Shown: one piece after another, positions 18,352 through 28,156 of the stretch
Layout: each line of letters starts with the position of its first letter
How positions within the stretch are numbered: position 1 is the stretch's first letter
Origin: a virus
Direction: 5' to 3' (one strand)
Virus record (IMG/VR): IMGVR_UViG_3300045988_166360
Coordinates: 3,753-67,752 of that record
DNA: 64,000 bases
Notes under the pieces: generated by a model
The model's database searches: none
Told to the model about the DNA's origin: nothing
Seen by the model: only the letters and a program-made list of their open reading frames with translations
Position numbers and translations under genes: made by a program

Positions 18352-18393
18352 CTGAGGGAGTCTATCCGAAAGGGTGAGGCTCCCTCAGTTTTT
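18352..18393 (+). terminator. Intrinsic terminator CTGAGGGAG..CTCCCTCAG + TTTTT
   Basis: Perfect 9-bp stem, 19-nt loop, U5 tail; in non-coding region. Confidence 0.55.
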
Positions 18394-18860
18394 GTAGTTA
18401 AAGAGGAAGCACATACACCAAACTCAAGCCCTAGCCCGAGAAGGCCCTTCCCTCATTGAAGCTAAACCAGTTATGCAATTTGTAGTTGAAAAAATAGTTT
18501 TGAAATAGTAGGCAAAAATTACGTCTAAACTACGCGTAAGTGACTGATTATTAAATGCGGGCCTTTATTTGTAGTAAATAGTAGTAGAGAAAAAAATTGT
18601 ATATATATATAATTTATAATATATAAAAAAAAAAAAAATAAAAAAAATATATTTACTGTATTACTATTTACTATTTAAAAAAAAAAGACAGTTAACCTGT
18701 TGAAAATCAACCTGTTATGAATAGTTTTACCAAAAACTATTTTTGAACCCCCGGAGTCCAAGGAACCCCCGGAATCCACTCTCCGACATCATGTAACATG
18801 TTCGAGATTAGTGGCTTACAAAAATAGTTGTGACCTCCTTTCTGCTTCAACTACAAAACG
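18390..18860. other. Candidate replication origin core: TTTGTAGTT(G/A)AA repeats (18390, 18479, 18567 direct; 18846 inverted) flanking ~100-bp AT-rich tract (18565-18690)
   Basis: Repeats and >85% AT tract read directly; located at strand-switch immediately upstream of primase-helicase module. Confidence 0.4.
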
Positions 18861-19021
18861 TAATTTCTTCTATTTCAATGACTTCTCATCCACACACAGC
18901 TCTCATCTACCCGGGTGTAGTCCAGCAAAGAGCTGTCCTCACCCTCTGAATGTCAGTTTCAGATACAAACCTGACACTTTTCGCTTGACTTCCTCCACTT
19001 CGTCTGCTAAGGTCTCCTTCC

Positions 19022-19705
19022 ATGACCGAAACATCTAATCTGGACCTGAGCCACTACCGACAATACCTGCATATAGACCCCCAATACCTTTGGGACGAAA
19101 AAGAGCAATGCTTTCAGACCCGCAGTATGAGAGCCCAGGAATCCACGGATTCCGTTGTGGCCTGCATTCTGAAAGTCTTTTGTGAATCCCCTCTCTATGT
19201 ATCTCTCGAAAGACTGCATCGGCTCTTCTGTCTGATAAAAGGAAGAGAAGCGGACCCCACGGAATCCGCGGCCCTCAAGGAGCTTTTTCTTATTGCTTTT
19301 TATCCTGTAAGTGCTGAGCTTCGTCTCCCGACTTATTGCAGTTTTCAATACGTGTGGAGCAAGGGCGGGTATGCAATGGCACATTATAGCGAACATCTCC
19401 GTTGGGAATTTAATAATGAATATGGCATCTACACCGACAAAGTTCTTCCTGTCAATAAGGTTCCTTTGTGCAATCTACTGGACATCAAACAGAAACGGTG
19501 CTATCCCATGCTTCTGGCCATCATCCATGAGCTGAACGGCAAATCCCTTGCCATACCCGAACTGCTCAGGAATCCTTATTTGTCGAAGTTCAGCAGGAAT
19601 ACCGTACTGAAACATGCCGAAGATGTATCAGCCCGGTATGGGCTTAAAACATCGTCAGGCCGCCCTGCGGTTTTGAATTCCGACTGCAAAATTTTCTATT
19701 ACTGA
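19022..19705 (+). CDS. Hypothetical protein (227 aa), first gene of plus-strand replication module
   Basis: ORF with ATG start; no motif recognised. Confidence 0.45.
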   Translation: MTETSNLDLSHYRQYLHIDPQYLWDEKEQCFQTRSMRAQESTDSVVACILKVFCESPLYVSLERLHRLFCLIKGREADPTESAALKELFLIAFYPVSAELRLPTYCSFQYVWSKGGYAMAHYSEHLRWEFNNEYGIYTDKVLPVNKVPLCNLLDIKQKRCYPMLLAIIHELNGKSLAIPELLRNPYLSKFSRNTVLKHAEDVSARYGLKTSSGRPAVLNSDCKIFYY

Positions 19706-19711
19706 TAAACC

Positions 19712-22576
19712 ATGACGACACAAAACAACAATACGCCGGAGGACGATTTGGAACTTACATTCACGTCACTCCGTCTTAGCCAGTTGCAGTTCAAAACAAA
19801 AGGCACGAAACTCGCCACAGCGGGAAGTTGCAACCATTCAATATCCATTCCATTGAGGGACGTGCTTTGTCTCTTTAAAGGGGAGAAGATTACCAACCCG
19901 GAACTCATCCGGTTCTCCTATCAGGTGAAAATGTTCCAGGCAATGCAGAATCTGGTAGATGAAGAATCTCTTTGTCTCCCGCCCCTGTATACCCGGATAT
20001 TAGCGCAATGGAAGAAGCTGGGCCTCACGCCGGGGGAACTAAAACCCTCGCTCCCTGCTGTTGTGCCCTCTGTTCAGTTCCTGGGCAAACCCGGTTTCTA
20101 TGACTTTTCCGCAGGTTCCTGTTACTACACTAACCGCAGGCTTGTCTCCGTTGACGGAACTTCCTGGCGGCATACAGGTGTCTTCGGCATTGACGTGGAC
20201 CTTAAGGAAAACCCGGAACATACTGCGGAGTCATTACTGGATGTGGCTCGCGCCAAACTCCCGGGCCTTGACGGCTTTCTGTTTGCCTATGTAAGTCCGA
20301 ACCGGGGGCTTAAGATTTTCTTCCAGGTCTCTCATCAGAATCTGCAACAGCTGAATCAGATGCCTCAGCTGGAAGGTGAAGAAGGAGAAGAGCTGGATGT
20401 AAAGCGTTTGGCCAATGAGCGTGCTTTCCTTCATAATGTCGTCTACTACAAATTGGCTGATTATGTAGCTAAGGAAACGGGGTTTGTTCTGGACATGGCC
20501 TGCAAGGACCCGGCACGGATGCAGTTTCTCTATCTGGGAACCTTTATCCCCGGAACCCAAGGAACCCCCGGATTCCATGTAAGCAACATTGCCGAAGTAA
20601 AGGAAGCATACCTGAGAGATGCGAAGAATCGTCCAGTTAATTCGGAACTCCCCAGCGTAGCTCCCGGTTCTCCTAAACCCAAAATTCTGGTGGATTTCAT
20701 TCGTTGGCTTAAAGTCAATGAGTACCATGATACGGCCCAGGGCCTTGAGCAAATGGACTATGTTAAGGGTGATGGGTGCCTCTACGGCGAATGCCCTCAA
20801 TGTCGTGGCGGGAGGTCTGAAGTCAGCACAAATCTTGACCTTAGATTTTATCCTCACCCACAGTATGCAAATCGTTCCTACTTCTATTGCTTCCATGCCA
20901 GTTGCCATGGTGCTAATCCCGATGTTGTGTCTGTCCAATGGCTCTTCAATCAGTACCTTGCGGATATTGAGGCTGAAGTGGAAAAGAATCTGAATGTAGA
21001 AGTCTGGTGTCAGGACCCTTTGCTGATGAAATGTTTCATGCAGGGGTTGAGCCCTGTCAACTCCAACGCCTCAATACCTGATGTCAGCTCTGCGAAACTG
21101 CGTCGGCTGGATTACCCTTATGTTAAACAGTCCAAGACAGGGAAGCTGATACCTCTTCTGACCGACAGGAATATTGGTCATCTTCTGCACTATGGACTTA
21201 ATATCAGGGTGTTCCGTCGCATGAACACCCAAGAGCTTCTCCTTTTGGATTTCAAGAACTGCAGGTGGTACGAAACCAACCCGGCTATTCTGTCCCAGAT
21301 TTCCGGGTTCTGGCAGGAGGTGGTGCCGGGACAGGCTATTCCGGCGCAACGCCTGATGGATGCGTTGCGTAATCTGGCGCAGAGCAACTACTATCACCCA
21401 TTGGCAACATTCGCCAGTTCGCGCCCCTGGGATGCTCAGGACCGTCTTCGCAATTTCCTTGACTTCTTTGTCATGGACCAGACTGTGGAAATGCCCGAAG
21501 GCTGGACTCCTGACTCCTATAGGGATGCAGTCCTTACCACCTGGCTCATCTATCTCTGGAAACGTGTCGCCATGCGTCTCGACCTAAACCCCACAGGCAC
21601 CGTGAATCAAGGGTTCCCCCAGAACTATGTACCTGTGTTTTCCGGGAAGCAGGGTGTAGGTAAGACCAAAGCTACCGAATGGCTCTTCAATGGGTTGTCC
21701 ATTGATAAAGCTCAGTCCATTGAAGGTTCAAACAGCGCAGACTCTACGGTTCAGATGTCCCGGCACTCTGTTATCGTACTCGACGAAATTGATGAGGAAG
21801 TATCTAATAAAGCCAAGCAGAGCAAGCTGAAACGGATTCTCACCGGAGAATCGGACAACTGCCGTATTGCTTATGGGTCTGCACCGTCAACCTATCACTA
21901 TTGCGCCAGTGTCATAGGGTCCACCAACCAAAGCCAGTTCCTGCGGGACAACTCCGGCTCCCGTCGTTATTATCCGCTTATTCTTGGTGAACGTCCGAAA
22001 CCAAAAGAACCTCTGCCCGAAGGTGTAGATGTTAACTGGGATGCCGTTAAGAAGCTGTTCGAAATGGATAACCAGCAACTCTGGGCCCAGATTAAGTACA
22101 TGGTGGATTCCGGGGAAGCTGATAAGTACAGCTGGTCGAAACTGGTTAAGGTTGGTGAATACGTAGCTTCGAATTACGCCAGTTGCCAGGGGGACGATAC
22201 GGACCTGGTGAAATATCTGGTGCCCGTGGCTCTTAAGGATACGGATGTGTCGGGGGGCCGTTTGTCCAAAAAGATTCCCGGAAATTTTACAACCATGCGA
22301 AATGTCCTTGAATACGTGCGAGTTACCTGGGGTAACGGGTCCCGGCAGGAAGGCTGGGATGATAAGAATTTTGAGCGCGACCTTGCTCAAGCGTATGGGC
22401 GGGATTCCCTGATGAAGCATAGTGTCCGGCGTGAGTGTGACCCAGGTCCGGTTCAACGTTATTTCTTCCTGCCTGTTGACCTGTGGATGAAGGAAGCCAG
22501 CAGGGAAACAAAGGAGCGAATCTATGCACAGTACCCCCATATTGAGAAATTGTCACAAACCTCGCTCGAAAGTTAA
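19712..22576 (+). CDS. Bifunctional primase-polymerase (PrimPol) / SF3 (D5-like) helicase
   Basis: N-terminal FGIDVD and LKIFFQ PrimPol-like motifs plus CPQC..C.H.SCH zinc finger; C-terminal Walker A GKQGVGKT, Walker B VIVLDEID, motif C GSTN. Confidence 0.75.
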   Translation: MTTQNNNTPEDDLELTFTSLRLSQLQFKTKGTKLATAGSCNHSISIPLRDVLCLFKGEKITNPELIRFSYQVKMFQAMQNLVDEESLCLPPLYTRILAQWKKLGLTPGELKPSLPAVVPSVQFLGKPGFYDFSAGSCYYTNRRLVSVDGTSWRHTGVFGIDVDLKENPEHTAESLLDVARAKLPGLDGFLFAYVSPNRGLKIFFQVSHQNLQQLNQMPQLEGEEGEELDVKRLANERAFLHNVVYYKLADYVAKETGFVLDMACKDPARMQFLYLGTFIPGTQGTPGFHVSNIAEVKEAYLRDAKNRPVNSELPSVAPGSPKPKILVDFIRWLKVNEYHDTAQGLEQMDYVKGDGCLYGECPQCRGGRSEVSTNLDLRFYPHPQYANRSYFYCFHASCHGANPDVVSVQWLFNQYLADIEAEVEKNLNVEVWCQDPLLMKCFMQGLSPVNSNASIPDVSSAKLRRLDYPYVKQSKTGKLIPLLTDRNIGHLLHYGLNIRVFRRMNTQELLLLDFKNCRWYETNPAILSQISGFWQEVVPGQAIPAQRLMDALRNLAQSNYYHPLATFASSRPWDAQDRLRNFLDFFVMDQTVEMPEGWTPDSYRDAVLTTWLIYLWKRVAMRLDLNPTGTVNQGFPQNYVPVFSGKQGVGKTKATEWLFNGLSIDKAQSIEGSNSADSTVQMSRHSVIVLDEIDEEVSNKAKQSKLKRILTGESDNCRIAYGSAPSTYHYCASVIGSTNQSQFLRDNSGSRRYYPLILGERPKPKEPLPEGVDVNWDAVKKLFEMDNQQLWAQIKYMVDSGEADKYSWSKLVKVGEYVASNYASCQGDDTDLVKYLVPVALKDTDVSGGRLSKKIPGNFTTMRNVLEYVRVTWGNGSRQEGWDDKNFERDLAQAYGRDSLMKHSVRRECDPGPVQRYFFLPVDLWMKEASRETKERIYAQYPHIEKLSQTSLES

Positions 22577-22699
22577 GATTTTTTCTTGACAAAAATTATA
22601 AGAAGGTCACAATGGGCCCGTCCTGCGGGTACGAGGCGGGCCCATTCAGCTTCCTCCTTACCCGCTGTTGAATACTAAAACGCCAACCAGCAATAAGAC

Positions 22700-23164
22700 A
22701 TGAATAGTGTAACCGAACCGAATGAACATGACATGACCCTGTACTCCGAAGATGGAGTTCCGGTCATTCGCATTCCCCGCCTCTGCCCCTACTGCCACCA
22801 AAGCCATGTGCAGTTTGAGACAGAAGTGTACTCATCCCAGACCGTGATATATCTGACCTGCCCTGTCTGTGGAATTTCGACTGCCCCTTATAAGCCGGGC
22901 CCGGAGGCTTCCGTAGTTACTGCCCAGTATTTTGTCATGAAGCAGTGGCTTCGGCAGATTGCCATGCTTCCGGCATTCATGCTGTTGCGCCCCGGGGACG
23001 ACTTGCTTCTCAAGGACTCTGCTCACGTAACCGCAGTAACCACGCCGCTGGAATCTGACCATAATTTTCTGGTGATGGACAAGGAGGGCCGGGTCTTTAT
23101 GATAGCTCCCTCTGACATTGACTCCGCGCTTAACGACCGCATCAAAAGAATCCTTAAACACTGA
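22700..23164 (+). CDS. Zinc-ribbon protein (154 aa)
   Basis: CPYCHQ...CPVCG motif. Confidence 0.45.
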   Translation: MNSVTEPNEHDMTLYSEDGVPVIRIPRLCPYCHQSHVQFETEVYSSQTVIYLTCPVCGISTAPYKPGPEASVVTAQYFVMKQWLRQIAMLPAFMLLRPGDDLLLKDSAHVTAVTTPLESDHNFLVMDKEGRVFMIAPSDIDSALNDRIKRILKH

Positions 23165-23168
23165 AACC

Positions 23169-23555
23169 ATGAACGACTTGATTGTTGCGCCCACAACCAT
23201 TGCAGATTATATTGACCGGACTTTCAAACAGATGGGGCTGGTGGAATCTTCTTCCGACCTTCTCCGACACCTGCAATGGGAGATTGAAGAGTATAAGGAC
23301 GCGGAAGGTTCTGACAGAGCCGCCGAGGCTTTTGATGTAGCCGTGCTTGCCGTGCGTCTCCTTCATGCCGTGCTGAATGAAGCGGAGGATTACAGTGCCG
23401 CCAATTACAGAGCGTTTGAGAAAGAGAATGAGATACGGAAGCGGATGCGTTATGCCCTCAAGTTTTTTAAGGAAAGGAGCGGTGAGAACCTCCCCGGGGC
23501 TACTCCCTACGAGTGCTATGCCGACGCGAAGAAACACCTTAACCAGATGGACTGA
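23169..23555 (+). CDS. MazG-like nucleotide pyrophosphohydrolase (128 aa)
   Basis: EIEEYKDAE...EAFDVAVLAVRL matches MazG/HisE EExxE...E..D helical metal-binding motif; stop overlaps polymerase start by 1 nt. Confidence 0.55.
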   Translation: MNDLIVAPTTIADYIDRTFKQMGLVESSSDLLRHLQWEIEEYKDAEGSDRAAEAFDVAVLAVRLLHAVLNEAEDYSAANYRAFEKENEIRKRMRYALKFFKERSGENLPGATPYECYADAKKHLNQMD

Positions 23556-25459
23556 TGGAAAGTGCTACTGCTTTGTCTCTCCCGAAGGTGCCTGGCTATG
23601 ACATGGAGATTACGGAGGACCAGACGAAACTGGCGGGCCCTGTCCTTGCGATTGACTTTGAAACTTTTTATGAAGGGGAATATTCCCTTAAACGAATGGA
23701 CCCCCGGTCCTATTGCACCCACGAGAAGTTTGACGCATATGTCATGTCGGCCTACGATGGGAAGTATTGCTGGGTGGGGCATCCTAAAGAGTTTAACTGG
23801 GCAGAAACCACCAGAGATAAAATCATTGTTTCTTTCAACGCCAGCTTCGACTACGCCGTTTACCTGTTTGGACTGAAAGCCCCCGGAAGCCACGGAATCC
23901 CCTGTACCCCCGGATTCCGCACACCCTTCACTGCCTGGCTCTGTTCACGCGCGGCCTCCAATTATCTGTCCATATATGGCTCACTGTCGGAGATAGTGCT
24001 TCGTTTATGGAACATTGCGGTCAGCAAGGAAGTCCGGGCCAGGGCAGAGGGCATCGACTTCCGTACCCTGGATGCGATTCCCGAAGATATGAAGGAATAC
24101 GTGGCGGGCGACTCCTACTACTGTTACGCTGTCTGGGACAAGTTTGAGCGTTTCTGGCCGGAGCATGAACGCGAGTGTTGGCTGAACACCTGCATCATGG
24201 GATGGAGGGGCGTGCCGACCAGCCGCGCGGCTGTTGAGGAAGGACTGGAACTGCTGAAGGAGGCAAGGGAACAGTATAAGGAAGCCATCCCCCTGGAAAA
24301 GAAACTTTCCCTTCTCCAACTCCGCAAAGCCTGCCAGGATTTAAATATCCCCCCTCCTGAAACAACCAGCAAGGCCAGTGAGAAATTTACGGACTGGCTT
24401 GAAACTTACGGAAAGCTTATTCCCTGGGTAAGCCTTTTGGGCAAGTACCGGAGCGTCAACCGTCTTATTTCTCTGACGGAGCGCATGCTTTCCCGTGTCT
24501 ATACCGACCATGAAGGGGTGGACCGGATTCCTTACACGCTTACCTACTGTGGAGCCAGTACGGGACGCTGGACAGCCGGAGGTGACAAATTAAACCTGCA
24601 ACAGCTTAACCGGGATAAGGTTGGGGAGTTTAGCCAGCGGGAACTTATTCAGGCACCTCCCGGGTATAAGCTGGTGGTCTGTGACTGGGCCGGGATTGAA
24701 GCCCGCCTCACTGCCTGGCTTTGCGGGCAGGAAAAAATTCTTGAAACCCTCCGCGCAGGTGAAAAGGACATCTATGCCGCTAACGCGAAAGGCTGGGGCC
24801 TTATCCCTGATTCGGTGACAGATTTCAAGGCATACTGCAAGGAGACCCCCGGGCAGGAAAATCTTCGCCAGCATGTGAAAGCCGGGGTGCTTGCCTGTGG
24901 TTTCAGTGCGGGATGGTCTGCGATTCAACGCACCAATCCGGGCATGGACCGAAACCAGTGCCAGGCCATTGTCGATATGTACCGGAGCCGGAGCCCGGAG
25001 GTGGTCGCGTGGTGGCGGGAACTTGACGCACTGGCGGCCCGCGGCTACCGGACTCCTTCCCACAGTTTTGCCCTCACCCTGCCCTCCGGGCGAAAGCTGT
25101 ATTATCGTAACTGTTACAAGAAGCTTATCCAGCCCAAAGACGGGAGGCGGCCCTACTTCGCAACCTGTGTCAATTTCGGGAAAAAGACTTCCATTGTAAA
25201 TACTAACCTGTTGAGCAACAACAATATCCAGGCTATTGCCCGCGACCTGATGGTTCGCGCTTTCAACAGATTCTGCAAGGAATTGCCCGGGGCCAGCCCG
25301 TGTCTTCTTGTCCATGACGAAGCTGTGGTTATGGTTCCCGCGGACAGCGCGGAGGAATACGCACAGCGGATTGAGGAAATCATGGAGGACACTCCCCAAT
25401 GGGCGAACACCCTGCCTCTCCTTGCCGAACCGGAAATCATGGAGAAGTATAGGAAATGA
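23555..25459 (+). CDS. Family A DNA polymerase with 3'-5' exonuclease domain
   Basis: Exo I AIDFETF; exo YVAGDSYY; motif A CDWAGIEARL (cf DYSQIELR); motif B RQHVKAGVLACGFSAG; motif C LVHDEAVV. Confidence 0.85.
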   Translation: MESATALSLPKVPGYDMEITEDQTKLAGPVLAIDFETFYEGEYSLKRMDPRSYCTHEKFDAYVMSAYDGKYCWVGHPKEFNWAETTRDKIIVSFNASFDYAVYLFGLKAPGSHGIPCTPGFRTPFTAWLCSRAASNYLSIYGSLSEIVLRLWNIAVSKEVRARAEGIDFRTLDAIPEDMKEYVAGDSYYCYAVWDKFERFWPEHERECWLNTCIMGWRGVPTSRAAVEEGLELLKEAREQYKEAIPLEKKLSLLQLRKACQDLNIPPPETTSKASEKFTDWLETYGKLIPWVSLLGKYRSVNRLISLTERMLSRVYTDHEGVDRIPYTLTYCGASTGRWTAGGDKLNLQQLNRDKVGEFSQRELIQAPPGYKLVVCDWAGIEARLTAWLCGQEKILETLRAGEKDIYAANAKGWGLIPDSVTDFKAYCKETPGQENLRQHVKAGVLACGFSAGWSAIQRTNPGMDRNQCQAIVDMYRSRSPEVVAWWRELDALAARGYRTPSHSFALTLPSGRKLYYRNCYKKLIQPKDGRRPYFATCVNFGKKTSIVNTNLLSNNNIQAIARDLMVRAFNRFCKELPGASPCLLVHDEAVVMVPADSAEEYAQRIEEIMEDTPQWANTLPLLAEPEIMEKYRK

Positions 25460-26820
25460 GCTGTCCTCTTAAACCATACCCGCCCCAGGTGGAGTGCATT
25501 GATGCCATGGTCAGGGCATTACGTGCCCGCGGCTTTGTTATCAACAAGTCCTGCACCGGGACGGGGAAGACTCTTGTCACTATCGAAACGGCCCGCATCC
25601 TGGGCCTCCGTCCTCTGGTTGTCTGTCCTGCCATTGTTGTCACCCAGTGGAAACGTGCCATGGAGGCGCAGGGTGTAGTTGATGCGGGCATCTATTCCTG
25701 GGAGAAAATCCGCAGGGGTAACACACCGTTTTACTCCAAGCCTCCACGGATTCCCCGTAGCCGTGTAGCCCTTGGCAGATGGACCCTTCCCGACAATTCG
25801 GTCCTTGTCCTGGATGAAAGCCACAAGGCCAAGACCTACCGGAGCCAGAGCAACATCATGGCATTGTCTGCCGCGGTCCAGAAGATTCCCTCCATCCTGC
25901 TTTCGGCCACTCCGTTCATTACCCCGTTGGACATGAGCGTCCCGGCAACCTATGCCGGATGGATTAGGGACCCCCGGATTGGTTTCTGGATGTGGGCTGG
26001 ACAGCAAGGATGTACCGAGTCTTTCTGGGGTGGATTGGAATTTAAGTTATCCACTAGAACTCAATCCCTTATGGAGAACTTGAAACGTAAGCTGTTCGAC
26101 GCGGGCGTTATGACGGAGATTGACAGGGAAAAGCTTGACACATTCTTTCCGAAAAACCGTATTGAATATCTGTCCGTAGACGTGGAGGTAGGGGGCATGA
26201 AAAGGATTAAGGCATTGCAGAAAGCCCTGGACAAGCTGGATAATGCCTGGGCCGAAAGCATTGAGCGAGCCAGTGAGAACGGTGTTGAACTTCCTGCGAT
26301 AGTGGAGTTGCTTCGTCTTCGCCAGCAGTCGGAGCTCGCCAAGCTTCCCACAATGGCAGAAAAGGCGGTGGAGCTGTTGGAAAGCGGATATAGTGTCGCC
26401 ATCTTTGTTTCGTTCCTTGACAGCATACAGACCCTTTCGGAGCTTATCTGTCAGAAAGCGGAGAAAGAAATGTTGTTTTCCGAAATCAGCGGAAGACTGA
26501 CCGGAACGGAGAGGCAGGAGGAAGTTGATAAGTTTCAATCAAATAGAACCCGTGTCGCTCTGGTTCAGATTAGCGCGGGCGGGACCGGAGTATCCCTCCA
26601 TGACACGGATGGCAATTTCCCCCGGGCCGCTCTTATCTCTCCTGACTACTCTATTCAAAATCTGTTGCAGGCCCAGGGGCGTATTGCCCGGTTGGGGGCC
26701 CGGTCCTCCACCATTCAATATATCGTGACTGCCGCGGATACCGTGGAAGAAAAAATCATTAAAGCACTCAACACTAAGGAAATTTGTTTTAACTCCCTTA
26801 CACTCAATGACAGCGAATAA
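25456..26820 (+). CDS. SF2 (DEAH/SNF2-like) DNA helicase
   Basis: Walker A CTGTGKT, motif II VLDESHKAK, motif III LLSATP, motif VI QAQGRIARLG; ATGA overlap with polymerase. Confidence 0.75.
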   Translation: MSCPLKPYPPQVECIDAMVRALRARGFVINKSCTGTGKTLVTIETARILGLRPLVVCPAIVVTQWKRAMEAQGVVDAGIYSWEKIRRGNTPFYSKPPRIPRSRVALGRWTLPDNSVLVLDESHKAKTYRSQSNIMALSAAVQKIPSILLSATPFITPLDMSVPATYAGWIRDPRIGFWMWAGQQGCTESFWGGLEFKLSTRTQSLMENLKRKLFDAGVMTEIDREKLDTFFPKNRIEYLSVDVEVGGMKRIKALQKALDKLDNAWAESIERASENGVELPAIVELLRLRQQSELAKLPTMAEKAVELLESGYSVAIFVSFLDSIQTLSELICQKAEKEMLFSEISGRLTGTERQEEVDKFQSNRTRVALVQISAGGTGVSLHDTDGNFPRAALISPDYSIQNLLQAQGRIARLGARSSTIQYIVTAADTVEEKIIKALNTKEICFNSLTLNDSE

Positions 26821-28042
26821 TAAAGTACCAGCGGATAATTCCGCGGACACTCACAGTAAATACAGCCCGAGTTCGATTGCCATGCTCGCAACCTGTCCGG
26901 GATATATTCCCCGCCCTATGACACAGGATGAAGAAGAGGATGAATTTTCCCCCTCTGCCGTGGGCACCCGAGTCCACGGAGCCCTGGAAACCCAGAACCC
27001 GGATATGCTTTTAACCCGGCATGAGCGTTCCCTTTATAACGCGGCCAACAATATGCTGGGCATTTTGCGGGAAATGTTTACCAAAGAGGTGGGAACTGCG
27101 GAGTTCGAAGCACTGCCCGAACACAAGTTCCCCGGTATCCGTTTTAACCCGGATGACCCGGAACAGACGGGGACTGCCGACGTTTTATTCCGACATGGAA
27201 ATACCTCTATGATTGTGGACTACAAGATGGGCATTGTGCCCGTGTCCAACCCCGAGGTTAATAGTCAGTTTATTTATTATGGGTTGTTGGAATTTGCAGA
27301 ACGCCCTGAATGTGAAAGGATTATACTTGCAGTAATTCAACCGAGCCAGCAGGATGCGCTTAAGACCGCCGCCTTCTACCGGACGAAGGAATCACCGACA
27401 TTTTCTTCCGACATGCCCACGGTATCCATGGATGCCGTGGAAGCCGTGGAATCCGTGGCTTCCGTGATTATGCGCCGCTGTAGGGATGCGGATAATCCGT
27501 ATGCCTATTCTTCGTCGCCTCATGTCTGTCCCTACTGTGACCGACTGGCGACTTGTAAGAAGATTACCAGCATGGCCAGGAACTTCTCCCTTAAAGTATT
27601 GAAGGATAAGGAGTTAGCGGAAGGCATGATTGATAGTGTCGGGTCTGCCATGGATAACCCGGAAACCCTGGGTTCCCTTCTTTCCTTTGCAAGCATTATC
27701 AGCGAGGCGAATAAGGTGCATAAGGATTATGCCAAAACCCTGTTCTCCTGTGGGGTGGATGTCCCCGGCTGGAAGTACGCGAGCCGGGGAAGCACCGTTA
27801 AGGTGGACAATGATTCCTTCCGTGCCTACGTGGAACAATTTTTATCTCCGGAGGATATTCTGGACAACATATCCAGGCTCCCAGTCATGAAACTCCTGGA
27901 CCTTCTGTTGGAGAAGTCCATGGAATCCGGGGTTTCCGGGAAGGATAAGAAGGCCGCTAAGGAATTACTGTTGAAGGAATTACAGGACCTGGGCATTGTA
28001 CGTGAGGTGAAAGGCGCAATGGCTCTGTTAAAAATGAAATGA
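26807..28042 (+). CDS. PD-(D/E)xK nuclease, Cas4/RecB-like with Cys cluster
   Basis: D..(IVDYKMG) D-x-K catalytic-like motif, N-terminal CPGY and C-terminal CPYCDRLATCKK cysteines typical of Cas4-like Fe-S nucleases; contains 9-bp array 27439-27471. Confidence 0.55.
   Translation: MTANNKVPADNSADTHSKYSPSSIAMLATCPGYIPRPMTQDEEEDEFSPSAVGTRVHGALETQNPDMLLTRHERSLYNAANNMLGILREMFTKEVGTAEFEALPEHKFPGIRFNPDDPEQTGTADVLFRHGNTSMIVDYKMGIVPVSNPEVNSQFIYYGLLEFAERPECERIILAVIQPSQQDALKTAAFYRTKESPTFSSDMPTVSMDAVEAVESVASVIMRRCRDADNPYAYSSSPHVCPYCDRLATCKKITSMARNFSLKVLKDKELAEGMIDSVGSAMDNPETLGSLLSFASIISEANKVHKDYAKTLFSCGVDVPGWKYASRGSTVKVDNDSFRAYVEQFLSPEDILDNISRLPVMKLLDLLLEKSMESGVSGKDKKAAKELLLKELQDLGIVREVKGAMALLKMK
27439..27471. 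repeat. Imperfect 9-bp tandem repeat gccgtggaa/tccgtggct (encodes AVEAVESVASV)
   Basis: Read directly; CCGTGG core. Confidence 0.7.
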
Positions 28043-28156
28043 AAAATTGTTGACATTAGCGGAGATTCTGCTAAGGTTCCCCGCGTCGAGAGGTTAAGGG
28101 GGCGGTTCACTCGCTAAAGAAATTCCCCCGCATAGAATATAAGAATACTTGAATAT

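Noticed and set aside
16640-18700. tRNA genes in the long non-coding region
   Set aside because: No segment shows the GTTCRANYC T-loop with matching acceptor and anticodon stems. The GGTTCGAG-like strings at 17553 and 18807 lack compatible cloverleaf pairing.
22576-22642. Promoter TTGACA at 22576 with hairpin 22611-22642
   Set aside because: No acceptable -10 hexamer at 16-18 nt spacing. The hairpin lacks a U-tail. Kept only as a weak note, not as a feature.
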